Positions 37,642 through 50,453 of a stretch of DNA of 64,000 nt are shown here, piece by piece. This DNA is from Balanoglossus misakiensis (lineage: Eukaryota; Animalia; Hemichordata): contig CM082584.2 in the NCBI GenBank assembly GCA_040954595.2, forward strand, positions 3,724,110 through 3,788,109, in the 5' to 3' direction. The translations under genes were made by a program, and so were the position numbers. The notes under the pieces were generated by a model. It was not told the origin of the DNA. It ran no database searches and saw only the letters and a program-made list of their open reading frames with translations. The first letter of the stretch is position 1. The number at the start of each line of letters is the position of its first letter.

Positions 37642-39031
37642 CAAGTTGATACTGTGTTGACCAAGTGTTCCCTTAGCCAAAGTTTGTTTCATGTTTAACA
37701 GGATCCTTCAAACAACTTCTAACATAGGGTTACCTGATTAAATTTCTGACAATATGGGGCCATTTCCTTGCTTTCCGCTAGACCCCAACTTCACGCAAAT
37801 GTTACAAGAGACATGAGATTAAAAATTAGCTATCCTTCTCCCCGAGTCTCATCGATGTACCCGTGGAGGACATGTTTGCTGTACAAGGTGTTTTGTTTCT
37901 GTAAATGCCTTTTGGAAGTAATCAATGAAACTGAAGAAAAAAACAGAGAAATGTAATTTGATGCTTCTGACTGTGCTGTGAGCTGTATAGACATAAAATA
38001 TTAGACCCGGTTGCCGTGAAAACACTATTTCTAATACTTTCTACAATCTCTTCTTGCCGCGAGAGTATACCAATATTTCATAAGCATGATAATCAGAAAG
38101 TACTTTTCATTTTGTATTTGATGAGTGACACTTTGTTGGCTAAATAGCAATTTAAAAAAAAATTCCGGTTTTGTTTGGAATGTAAAATTTCTGTACATAG
38201 ATATATAAATCACAAGATATTGGTTGAATTGTGAAAGTTCTTAATGATAATTTGTTAATATTGTACCAGAATATCTGTATTAATGATTTAAGATTGCAAA
38301 ATACTAATGATGAATATAAACTGCAATATCTAGCTTAGAGGATTTTTTAAATAATTGTACGTTCATTGAATAAAAGTGGGCATTTAATCTCATATCTTCA
38401 ATTCAAGTTATGTGAATTGTATTTCTAATGGAAACGTTGTTTTAGAATGTAACAAGTTGTAGAATTCATGTCAAATCAATTAAAATTATACTTCGCCGAG
38501 CGTTTTATTGCATCATGATTGTTACTTGTATATTTTTTTATTTTAAATTTTGAGTGCTATGTAGTCTAAATTGATATACCTTTCTGGTGGGGAAAATTTC
38601 AACAGTGGATGATTCCTCACGTCATTATATCCCTTGAGACATTATTTACTTGTAGTTTTTTTAATGTTATTTTTATTCTACTTCACATTTATTCTATTCT
38701 ACTTCACTTCCCATTTTTCATGCAAGTTTTTAATTCAGTTCAACACAAACTGTACCAATAAAATGAATAACACGATTGGAACTATTTTGGGATAATTACA
38801 TGGTAATAAACTCTGTAAAACTCTCAGCACAGTACATGTAGCCTACACACTCGCCATATTTATCATTTTGTATTGTTTTGGTCAAACGACGACAGAAATA
38901 CCACATTCTCCCAAGTACAACGAATACTAATCGTTTTTGTACGCATTTTACTTGTATGCAATTATCCCAAAATAGTTAAAATCGTGATATATTTTCATTT
39001 TTCATTTTGAGCGATATGTGCTCTAATATTT

Positions 39032-39190
39032 GAAAATTTCAACAGTAAATGATTCCTCACGTCATTATATCCCTTGAGACATTATTTACTTGTAGTTTTA
39101 TATATATTTCAACGTAATTTTTATTCACCTAATTCACTTCCCATTTTTCATGCATGTTTTTGATTCAATACAACAAACTGTATACTAATA
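39032..39190 (+). repeat. Diverged local direct repeat of ~38592-38762
   Basis: GAAAATTTCAACAGT..ATGATTCCTCACGTCATTATATCCCTTGAGACATTATTTACTTGTAGTTTT occurs at both sites. Confidence 0.7.
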
Positions 39191-40075
39191 AAGTGATTTG
39201 TCAACTAGTTAACTGTGGTAGAACCATTGACGTATTTCATTTTTAATCTCGCTATCAAAGACAATGCTACGCCCAGAAACACATCTGAGCAGCCCTGTCC
39301 TGGTAAACTATAGAAATCAACATAGATGCACAACACAACTGCCACTGAAAAATAGTTTTCTTGGCTGAGTGGAAAAGCCAATCACAGATCATCTGGCTTA
39401 TTCAAGTTGGCCAAGCATCTTCCGCCGCTTTTCTTTAAGTCGTGCAACCCTGGAAAATGTACTGGAACTTTCAGATGTGGAATGTTTATGCTGTCCACAG
39501 AAAAAAAAAAGAATTCTTGTGCATATTTTGTTAGGAGACTGGATAGAACAAAATCCTGTCACATACAGTCCTTGTTCACCACTTTTTCATGGCCCAAGTG
39601 ACAGACACCTTTAGAGAAACTTGCATTTTCAGAACTCTTCCAGTAAAAGTTTTGCGAAAAATTGTAGTTATATGCTTTGTTCTTTGGCAAAATTTGTGGA
39701 AATTTATCATTCACGAAAATTTCCTGTTTTACAGTAATTGATGTGAGTGGGATGGGAGGTGGTCCCCCGTGGAATTATTCAGAGAGTTTGAAATGAAAGA
39801 TCACCATTGTGCCTGAAGCCCCTTCCATAGTTGACAGACAGGGCCTGTCTTGCAAAATCACTTGGCCCCTGAAAACCTGCAGTGTTATCTACACGAGTGA
39901 CATACTTCTATAAATGATGTTATGTTCTGAAGGTTCAATCTTTTGTTATAGTTAAGTGTGAAAGCACTGATATTGAATAATGGCACGAAGCTCAGTTCCC
40001 AAGTGGCGACTGCATCATAATGTCACTGACACTTTCATGTCAAAGTATTCGCATAGTAGGGAAGACATATAATAG

Positions 40076-43000
40076 TGGTTTCCACCCAATATTTCTTGTT
40101 CTAAATCCATGGAACATGGGAAAAGTCGAAAAGTTCAACTGCCTCTTTTCTGTACAGAATCGTCTCTTTCAGCCCAAAAGATGTGTCGCAGACGGCAAAA
40201 ATGTGTGTTACTTTAACATAACTGCGTGGCGATCAATAATCCTGCCTGTGATGTGGTGTCGCCCAGTGGTCGATGATGTCATATTAAAGATTCTGAAAAA
40301 AAAGAAAATACCAAAAGCATCTTAACAAAACGACAACGAGACAAAGCAACTTCAAAGACGACTTTGCTTATGTACACACCATTAAGACGGTTCTGAAGCG
40401 TCTCAGATCAGATACCATTTTAAAAACACGTGTGGACGGTGTATAGTGGTTCTGTAACGGTTTAGATTTGAGGCGGCTTTGCCGGTCGGTCAGACCTGAG
40501 CCGGTAAAAGGATTAACACCTCGCCGCAACCCATCGTCTATTGCTGGGTTCACATCTAGGCCCATGGCCGGGCAAAACTAATCCCGATGATTGTGACAAG
40601 ATAAGCTAATCTTTAGTCCCCGTTTACATTGTGTTTGGCACAGTCCTGGCCAACGTCGTCTCGCCAACCTTTGACCTTATAAAGCAGAGCCATGTTGGTC
40701 CTCTTCTGGTTGTTTATACGATTTTCACCATGTCAAATGATAGACTCAACTGTTTATATCAATTGTAAAAGGTGTCAACTGGGACCAGAGTCGGACAAAA
40801 CGTGTCCACACACACCAGACCAGAGTCGACCACAAACCACCCCATTCGACTGGGACCAAAATTGTCCAGACAAGGGTCGGCCAGACCTGTTCACATCTGT
40901 TTTTTTTTGCTCGGCCACGTACCTTGCTAGGACAAGGGCCTAGCCTTTTTAAGTAATGTGAACAGCCTAATTGGGAATGAGCCTCAGCGCCAATTCATAA
41001 ACTTTGTGTGTGCGGACACAAGCGACTCAAAGGATTAATGCTCTGTGTTTACCATAGGCAAAAAGTGTCTCAATTTATTTCGTGAGTGAACCTGGTAACA
41101 CTCTGTGTCCGGCGTTCAATTTGTGTCGACCAGCATGAAGCAACACAAGTCGATCAAGAAACCGTTGCTGAACGATGCCGCTACTGTCCCCTCAAAAATG
41201 AACTTGTAAATAAGATATGGGCAGATAAAGATTTGTGCTCAATCTCACCCCGAGACCAGAAATTATTATTTTGCGTACTAAATATTTGAATTAGAAAAAC
41301 TGCTCGTCGTTTGTCGTTCATTTGCAACTGGAGTAGGATGAACAATGAAGTTGGTAGGGGACTACTCAGATAGAAGCAAATTACTCTCCGTGGACATCTG
41401 CTGGTAGACAGATATTTCAGTCTAATTGTGTTAGAGTTGTGTCAGACAGATTCCGTGGGCAATTACATGTATGCTGGTAGACACATGTTCCAATCACCTA
41501 ATTGTGTCAGATATGCTGCAGGATAATTCTGGGAGTGGCCCATTCCTGACCATTTTCGTGAGTGTAGCGCCGGCAGCGTTAGTTTATTGTTAATTAATTC
41601 TATCGATATTTTGGCTTCCCCAGGACGAGTCCTTCTCTATATACCTTCAACGGCATTGCGACTGTCAGATTATCGGCCGATTTATCGCCAGCGAAGTAAA
41701 CAGCTGTTGTCAACGACCACCACAAAGTCACTTTCCTTGCATGACATCAGCTATGCAAAGTTTCCACCCCATTACTTCACAGGGCACGAATGCTGATTTT
41801 CGTGGTCGACACGCGCCTGTGCCGTGTTTCCGAAAAATGAACGGATGTGAACGTATGCACGACATTTTATCGGAACACGGTCTCTGGGGTATTGTAGTAT
41901 ACTTGCAATTGAATAGCAAAGTTGAAATTACGAAGGACATTGTTCACAAGGCACTGGATGACCTACGCAAGAAACATGCTGCATTGAGATCAAGAGTTCT
42001 TGTTTTGCACGATGAAGATGGCAGTGAAACTGACCGGTGTTTCGCAGAGATGGCAAACGGCGGAATTATCGATCTTCGTGTATCAAATCACACCGTGGAC
42101 GATGTGGAAGCTGCCATGTCTCCATCTCTAAGCGATGCCATCAACCGCCTCCAAGGCCCTTTGTGGAACTGTACAATGTTACAAGGAGAGTGGTCCGAGA
42201 GCGACACTGGCGATCGTGAGTCGTACAAGGCTGCTTTCACGTTTCAGTTTCACCATTCAATTGCAGATGGTGTTAGTGCAGTTCACTATGTAGGTCAATT
42301 CCTAGAAAATATCAATGCCATTGTGGACGGATCCTTTGAGGCAAATATACAGCACAGAATTCAGAGTGTACCTTTTCCTCGAGCAGTAGAGGATTTGATT
42401 TCAATACCGGAGAATATGAATGTAATTGAGAAAGAGGTTAAAACTATGCAGGAAGAATCGGCACCGAGTTCAGGTTTTTCAGATACTTCTATGAATGATG
42501 ATTATGTCACGAATGTCGAAACAAAATTGATCAACTTCGAAATGTCTGAGAATTTGATGCCAAAACTGAAGCAGCAGGCAAGTCAAAACAATGCAAATCT
42601 CAATTCATTAATAATAGCAGTAATTTCATCAGCTTTTGCTAAAATAGTTAATGATGGAAAACCTATGGATGTTAATTTGCATATTGCCTACACCTTGCGA
42701 AGGTATTTCAAAGACAAAGAAAATGATATAGATTTAGGTGTTTACTACAGCGCAGAAAACATTACGACAAATATTAGTCAAGACTCGATTGGGGGTGAAT
42801 ATTTCTGGAAACTTGCGAGGTGGCTTAAAGGAAATCTGGACGATAGATTATCGGGTCAAAGACCAATATCAAAGCTATCAAGGCGTCAGTTTATGGACAC
42901 TTCGAAGTTGATGAAACTTTCTAAACAGCGAAACAATCTTATTAATGATACATTATACATATCAAATTTAGGACGGCTTACTCCTCTGGAATGTCACAAT

Positions 43001-44455
43001 GACTGCAAAGTCAGTGTTGATAAAACTTATAGAGCGTCGAGGGGCACATTCCTAAGTTCTTGTAATATAATTATCTCGGGCTGCGGTGGCAAATTTTTTG
43101 TTACGTTACAATACGATACAAATACTGACCTGCATAGACGTGGTATGGCAATGTTATTTGCAGAGGAAATCAAAGGGATGTTTGAAAGCATTGCATTAGT
43201 TTAACAAGTTGATACTGTGTTGACCAAGTGTTCCCTTAGCCAAAATTTGTTTCATGTTTAACAGGATCCTTCAAACAACTTCTGACATAGGGTTACCTGA
43301 TTAAATTTCTGACAATATGGGGCCATTTCCTTGTATTTCGCTAGACCCCAACTTCACGCAAATGTTACAAGAGCCATGAGATTAAAAATTAGCTATCATT
43401 CTCCCCGAGTCTCATCGATGTACCCGTGGAGGACATGTTTGCTGTACAAGGTGTTTTGTTTCTGTAAATGCCTTTTGGAAGTAATCAATGAAACTGAAGA
43501 AAAAAACAGAGAAATGTAATTTGATGCTTCTGACTGTGCTGTGAGCTGTATAGACATAAAATATTAGACCCAGTTGCCGTGAAAAGACTATTTCTAATAC
43601 TTTCTACAATCTCTCCTTGCCGCGAGAGTATACCATTATTTCATAAGCATGATAATCAGAAAGTACTTTTCATTTTGTATTTGATGAGTGACACTTTGTT
43701 GGCTAAATAGCAATTTTAAAAAAAATCCGGTTTTGTTTGGAATGTAAAATTCTGTACATAGATATATAAATCACAAGACATTGGTTGAATTGTGAAAGTT
43801 CTTAATGATCATTTGTTAATATTGTACCAGAATATCTGTATTAATGATTTAAGATTGCAAAATACTAATGATGAATATAAACTGCAATATCTAGCTTAGA
43901 GGATTTTTTAAATAATTGTACGTTCATTGAATAAAAGTGGGCATTTAATCTCATATCTTCAATTCAAGTAATGTATTTCTAATGGAAACGTTGTTTTAGA
44001 ATGTAACAAGTTGTAGAATTCATGTCAAATCAATTAAAATTATACTTCGCCGAGCGTTTTATTGCATCATGATTGTTACTTGTATATTTTTTTATTTTAA
44101 ATTTTGAGTGCTATGTAGTCTAAAATTGATATGCCTTTCTGGTGGGGAAAATTTCAACAGTGTATGATTCCTCACTTCATTATATCCCTTGAGACATTAT
44201 TTACTTGTAGTTTTTTCAATGTTATTTTTATTCTACTTCACTTTTATTCTATTCTACTTCACTTCCCATTTTTCATGCAAGTTTTTAATTCAGTTCAACA
44301 CAAACTGTACCAATAAAATGAATAACACGATTGGAACTATTTTGGGATAATTACATGGTAATAAACTCTGTAAAACTCTCAGCACAGTACATGTAGCCTA
44401 CACACTCGCCATATTTATCATTTTGTATTGTTTTGGTCAAACGATGACAGAAATT
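40076..44455. repeat. Tandem unit C: compact version of the locus, lacking the Academ block
   Basis: Mosaic of 14423-14464, 15557-15685 and ~34621-38898; homology ends at GACAGAAAT (38898/44455). Confidence 0.88.
41741..43204 (+). CDS. Second full-length HHxxxDG acyltransferase paralog, 487 aa
   Basis: Intact ORF with 15 amino-acid differences from 36178-37641; HHSIADG retained. Confidence 0.85.
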   Translation: MTSAMQSFHPITSQGTNADFRGRHAPVPCFRKMNGCERMHDILSEHGLWGIVVYLQLNSKVEITKDIVHKALDDLRKKHAALRSRVLVLHDEDGSETDRCFAEMANGGIIDLRVSNHTVDDVEAAMSPSLSDAINRLQGPLWNCTMLQGEWSESDTGDRESYKAAFTFQFHHSIADGVSAVHYVGQFLENINAIVDGSFEANIQHRIQSVPFPRAVEDLISIPENMNVIEKEVKTMQEESAPSSGFSDTSMNDDYVTNVETKLINFEMSENLMPKLKQQASQNNANLNSLIIAVISSAFAKIVNDGKPMDVNLHIAYTLRRYFKDKENDIDLGVYYSAENITTNISQDSIGGEYFWKLARWLKGNLDDRLSGQRPISKLSRRQFMDTSKLMKLSKQRNNLINDTLYISNLGRLTPLECHNDCKVSVDKTYRASRGTFLSSCNIIISGCGGKFFVTLQYDTNTDLHRRGMAMLFAEEIKGMFESIALV

Positions 44456-45404
44456 GTATTGTATAGTGGTATATCCCTATGTCAATAGTTATATTTTTAG
44501 CAGTATAAACAAGCTTTGGAAGTTATTTAAAATCCCTGAATTCTGTGTTTTGTTGTTTTCCTGCAGGCATTTTATAGTGTAAGACTAAGAGAATTGCTAT
44601 ACTGATTTGTGTGTATCTGTATCTGTATCTGTCGGGAATTGAATCAAATTGAAAATAAAAATGGCCAGAAAGGATTACCCGGTAGATATGGCGAGTGAGG
44701 CTTGCACATATTAGAAATCTGCTATTTAGGATAATTGTCTATGGGGAGAGAATGGCAGAATTGAGGTATATACAGAATTACTACACACACTTGATGACAA
44801 TCTATACAACTATCAATCTCAATATTACAATGGCACTTTTACCAGGTTCACACAGGGTAAAATTTAAGACACTATTTGCCTATGGTAAACACAGAGCATT
44901 AATCCTTTGAGTCGCGTTGTGTCCACACACACACAAAATTTGTGTATAAGCCCTGAGGCTCGGCCCCATAGACAACGGGTTGCAGGGAGGTGTTAATCCT
45001 TACACCGGCTCAGGTCTGGCTGGCATCGAGCCGTTCACACATAATAATTTACGCCAGTATTTGATCTGAGACGGTTCAGAAACATCTCAATGGCACCTGT
45101 GTGACCCCCATATTAGTATGTCTGCCAATTTGCATCTAATGACCCTTTGTTATTAGTAGTATTTTTCACCAATTACACAAATTTTCATGAGACTTGCCAA
45201 TGTTGCCCAGTGGACAGAACAATACCATTTCAATTTCTCCTCAGGCTAAGTCGACAGACAACAATATTTTGAATGTGTGGAGATTCAGGGCGCTGCGATT
45301 CATTGGGTTTGAATACTGAATTGAACAAAGCAATGCTGTTTTTATTACTTGTACTGTCAAATCCATCCTCTTTGTAACTGAACCTGTCCAAAACCATGAT
45401 TTAA

Positions 45405-46140
45405 GGTGGCACTGCATGAAACCGTCGAGACTTTTTCGTCGAGGCCTATTTCTCATCAAAGAAAAAGTTAAAACCCCCATAAACCATATATATTCTGGAA
45501 GCTGAGATTTTGAAGTTTTGTTTGAGTTGCAAATATTATTGATCCCCGGAAATGGTGGCGATTTTGGGTGAAAAAAAAACATTTTTTGATATTATGTCAT
45601 GAAATTTAAAATAGGTAAAAAAGTTGACCATGCACCATGCATCTTAATATGTCATTCAAAACTAGAGTACACGTGCAAAAAAACGCTAATTTTGTTTTGC
45701 GTTATCTGCTTCCATTGAGGAGTAACAGCGTTTAAAAGTTAGATTTTCAGAAAATTTGATCAAATTCACGGTGAGTTGTATTGAATCAGAGTTTATTCCC
45801 GCCAGGGACACTTTATCGACAAACAAAACTAGCGTTTTGTTGGATGGGTCATACACAATCCCCAGTTAAAATTTGAGCAAATTCGGCCAACGCAGAGCGA
45901 AGCTATTTTCGTCTGAAGTTGTCAAGAGCAGCGAAAATGCAAACTGAGAAAAACGGCTATTTGCATTGTTGACACCTATTTGTTAAGCTGTGAACACATT
46001 CAGAAAAGTGCTATTTTGGGGTGATTATGCACCATTTCCGCCGAGACGTATTAGTCAGGGTGTGGGTCAGTATAAGGCCTACCTATTTATGTAAAAAAGT
46101 AAAATTTGGCAAAAATCACAACTTTTCATGCAGTGCCACC
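45405..46140. mobile_element. Non-autonomous TIR element with TTAA TSD (Kolobok-like)
   Basis: TTAA|GGTGGCACTGCATGAAA ... TTTCATGCAGTGCCACC|TTAA, a perfect 17-bp TIR. Confidence 0.85.
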
Positions 46141-46816
46141 TTAATTTAATTTACAAAATATAAATGTAACTTAAATCCATTCTGTACAATAAATTTTACA
46201 AAACGTCCATCTTTTAATATTAAAAAAAAACAGATTCATCAAAAATAACTTATGTAAAAAAAAAACATGTAAAAACTACGTTGTCCATTGTATGGCTTTC
46301 ACACCCATAAACTTTCAATAGACACTGACCTGTAGTAGCCTTAGCCTCATTTACACCGAGACTTGTAAAATAAGTAGTCACTATGTGCCAGACATTGTTA
46401 TATAAAGCTTGATGTGACACTTTCTTGTATTCCATCTTTCAACTCAGGTGCACCTGCTTAAATGCCCAGTATAATGTATTTACTGGTCAAGGCTACCCAT
46501 TTTCAAGTATATGTACATTTTTGTACATGTATCAACCTTATTTTGAAATATTTCATATTTTTTAATTTACATTTGACAATCAAAAGTTTGTATGAAAATA
46601 TATTCCAGTATAAAATACACTATAAAAACGGTTGTTATGAAATATTTCAACTTTTTTGTTTAAATTTAACATTTGACACATGAACATTTTGTATACAACT
46701 ATATTCCAGTACAAAAACTAGTATGAAAACTAGCTGTCAGAATTGTTTGAACGTTGGTCCTGTTGGGCTTGCCTGTGCACTTGGCGTTCTTTCATTGGAT
46801 ATTCTGACCCTGAAGT

Positions 46817-49800
46817 CTACATACCATCATCTTCGTTTCGTACAATCCGTCCTACATAACAAGAGAGAAACAGAAGCAATGACCAGGAAGTACGGACAAA
46901 CAATAAAATCATAAAGCCTGATGGTAAATACAGTGGAACGTGTCTATAGTGACCAGTCAAGGGACTTTCCTAAACTGGCCTTTATCAGGCCCTCCATAGA
47001 CATTATGTGTAGAGCATCCAAACCCCAAGTAAAGCACGTGTTAAACACATAGTGTGACATCCAGCCTACTAAGTACAGCCGAAAATGCTTTATAGTGGAG
47101 CATAGTTCTGTATAGTTTTACGTCTGATTCTTTCAAGCGTGACATCCAATATACACATTTTCGCCACTAGGGGCGCCCCGCGTCCGCCATTGCCGGTTGA
47201 AAAGTTGTCGCAGGTAAGCGATTTTCTTCTCTTTATACCCAGTTGGAAACTTTTTTCGCCTTTAAGACTATGATCAACGAACAACTATTATAACAAAGTG
47301 CCACCGTGTAAAGTTTCGATACACTAGTTGCGGTAGTTTTTTCAGAGATCTTCGCCAAAATTTGATTTACCGTGTGCATGTGGGACTTTTACTATTACAC
47401 TATACATGTATACACTGGAACGCAGTACAATCGCACCCTACACTGCCGGTATCGTCTCAGTCATTTATAAGAGTTGGATATTTTGCTTAATTTCCGTTAT
47501 AACTACATACATATGGCCAAACCTATACGACCAGGGTTTCTATTACCACCGTACACGTCATGGAATGTGTGGAACAACCTGAGACTACTACATGTACTAT
47601 AGACAGATGTATCATTTTATAGACAGATGGCCTTTACATCTGAATTGCACAGGGACTGTAACAAAGTGGCTACTATATAGAGGTGACCACTATATAGGGG
47701 TGGGCACTAACAAAGGAGTACTTTCAGACTCGAAGTCAATAATACACATCAACCAGAGACATGCATGCATCAAATAATTCCGTTTTCAGTCGTATAACAC
47801 GTGCTAAGTACACTAACATGACTGTAAGGGTAACATTTGCATGTAACTAACACACGTATTTTTACAGTCTACCGAACCAAGAGTGAATTGATGTTATTGT
47901 GAAAGATATAATTGCAGTAAAACCTGTCAAGGACACCTCTGGCCTGGGATCAGAAAATCTGTCCCTTATAAATCTCGAGAGGTGTCTTTAAGCATGACCT
48001 TTGTTTTTGAAAAATATGTCCTTAATAGACAGATGTCCTGATGAGAGAGGTGTCCATAATAACAGGTTACAATCTATTTCCTATGCAATAGCTGAATGTT
48101 GGGCTTTTAAAGGGACAAAGTCTCTCTCTCACTGCCCCTTTTCCGGCCCTATGTTCGACACAAGACACGGCTTATGTTATTCTACACGTGGATATATAGA
48201 GAATCAACATTCAACGACACACAATTTTCAACCCGTTTGTAGGATATGAGAAATCTCGCCAAAATGAATAAATGGTAAACACAGATTATTCATTTTGGAG
48301 AGTTTTTTACTCTTGTGTCTACAAGCGGGATGGAAGTTGTGTGTGGTTGAACATTGAATCACTATATGTCCACATGTAGAATAACATAAGCCGTGTCTTG
48401 TATCAAACATAGTCAATGGAAAAAGGGCAGCGTGAGAGAGACTTTGTCCCTTTAATGGAAAAACGGCAGCGAGAAAGAGACTTAGTCCCTTTAATTCAGG
48501 ACTTGCATATATTAATGTTTGTGTTAATATTTTGTGTGTCTTTCAAGAAAAGGTACGTCAACCAGAAGAATTGACCAGTCACACCATGCGCAAATAGTGC
48601 AAAATTCAACTAGATAGTAACACGTTCATTTAGCAAGCGCGATAAGAATTTATTCATGTTATTCATATATGATACAGGGTGTTGTTTACTGCAAATTCAA
48701 TCGTATTACGGTTGTGTCAATGACTTTGTAAGATTCCTTTGTTATGTGATGTGGCACATTTTACTTAATTTCACATTTCAAATCACTTGACTGCTAATCA
48801 ATACTTTAATTTACATATAGCCTAAGTTACATAATGTGCGGACACTAACCTGGCGCTGTACTGCAGACTGTGTCAGTTGAACTTGTACCATTCGTTACTG
48901 TCTCTAAGCCTTCGGCTTGACAGCTGAAAAGAACAATGATGCCATACTGATTGCTGATGTTGGAGGATTATAAATAGTTGGGAAGACTATAAAAAATTAC
49001 GACAAATATTGGTGTTTTATACTAGCATTGAAAGAAGTAAATACTTATTAGTATTAGAATGTGAGAAAACAATTGCCAAAACTTCTTTCAAAATGTTGGA
49101 CGTGTTGATTTTCACCATTTTTTTTCTTGACTCAAAATCACTGACTATATAAAAGCCTTACAAATGAACACATGTTTACACCTACTTCGTATGAGGTGTG
49201 CAAGTTGAAGTGCTACTGTTAACATCCGAAAATGTCCCATTCAAGCATTCCTGGCACTCAACATCGTCAGTGGGGCTGCCTGAAAACAGAACGGATGTCT
49301 TTAGGATTGGTGGCAGGGTGGAGTTGTATGTATTCAGGAATTCAGGAATGGACGGCGGGAAGCAGGAATACAGGGAATGGATGGTGGGTGGCAAGAAGAG
49401 TCCTTCTGATTACATGTACTGACTTGGACAATTCAGTGTACGTGTCAATGAAAAAGAACACCAGCATTTAACACATGAATCCAATCAGAACTTTTTTTCA
49501 AAAGTGCCTTAAAGAGAGACAGGCTATGTAATTAAAGCAAATTAATTAATGAACATTAAGAGCTGATGCTATGCTCTCATAGCAGGGAAGAGAAGATCAT
49601 GTGCACCAACCATTAAACAATTCAGTTTGTTATGGTAATTGAGAGGAGCATATAATTCAGTCAACTTATATCAGCATAATAACTGAGTTAAAAGGACGTT
49701 CATCACAGGATATTTTCCCCCAGAAGATATAAAGTACAATTGTAAAGTAGTCCAACCAAATACCTTGTTGCAAAACTCCTCTTCCCACCGGACACACTGT

Positions 49801-50073
49801 CCAGGCTTTGCAATCCTCACTTTTTAACTCGTAATATCCACGTTCGCATTGGCAGGTGAAATCCTTAGTTGTCTTGGGAATTTTGTGTTTTGTAAGCAGA
49901 CACTGAGTGTGCGGCATGCAATCGTCCCTGGGGTTCGGAATGTCTGTGACGGTCCCATCGGTGCAGACGCTACATTGTGTCGTGTCTGGCTGTCCAGCTT
50001 CACACGCACGCGTCATGTAAGCAATTAAATACAAGTGCACAAAAAGTACTCGTTTCGGCTTTTCAAAACCCAC
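46817..50073 (-). CDS. TNF-receptor-superfamily cysteine-rich-domain protein, probably secreted (decoy/OPG-like); start and last exon uncertain
   Basis: Phase-compatible exons ~50073-49764 (hydrophobic leader, CSVCTDGT..CMPHTQC..CQCERGYY..CKAWTVCPVGRGV), 49279-49186 (DVECQECLNGTFSD..CTPHT), 48923-48850 (C..GTSSTDTVC). Candidate terminal exon 46851-46817. Confidence 0.72.
48111..48451. mobile_element. Foldback MITE with TTAA TSD in a TNFR intron
   Basis: TTAA|AGGGACAAAGTCTCTCTC ... GAGAGAGACTTTGTCCCT|TTAA; arms pair imperfectly over ~160 bp; the right end is repeated at 48456-48494. Confidence 0.85.
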
Positions 50074-50453
50074 AGCACATATTAGCTAGGGGTTCATACA
50101 GGGACCATTAAGACACACGCACGTGTGCGCACACACACACACACACACACACGTGTGTCGGACCAGTCGCACTTTATGACGTTATATCGGACCAGTCGAA
50201 CCGCATACTTCGTATACATACATATGTACGTACGTACGTACGTACGTACGTACGTATGTACGTATGTATGTATGTACGTACGTACGTAACGTACGTACGT
50301 ATGTATGTATGTATGTATGTATGTATGTATGTATGTATGTATGTATGTATGTATGTATGTATGTATGTATGTATGTATGTATGTATGTATGTATGTATGT
50401 ATGTATGTATGTATGTATAAAGGAGGGTAGTAGGAGAAACGGAAGGCGGTAAA

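Larger units (their letters stand above)
14423..40075. repeat. Tandem duplication unit B (contains Academ copy 2, the LTR element and a full acyltransferase gene)
   Basis: Begins TGGTTTCCACCCAATATTTC, the sequence that also begins unit C at 40076; colinear with unit A. Confidence 0.88.

Noticed and set aside
46986-47587. Further TAG...CTA-type non-autonomous element ending ...CCTGAGACTA
   Set aside because: It looks like an insertion in a decayed MITE, but I could not find a matching left terminus or TSD.
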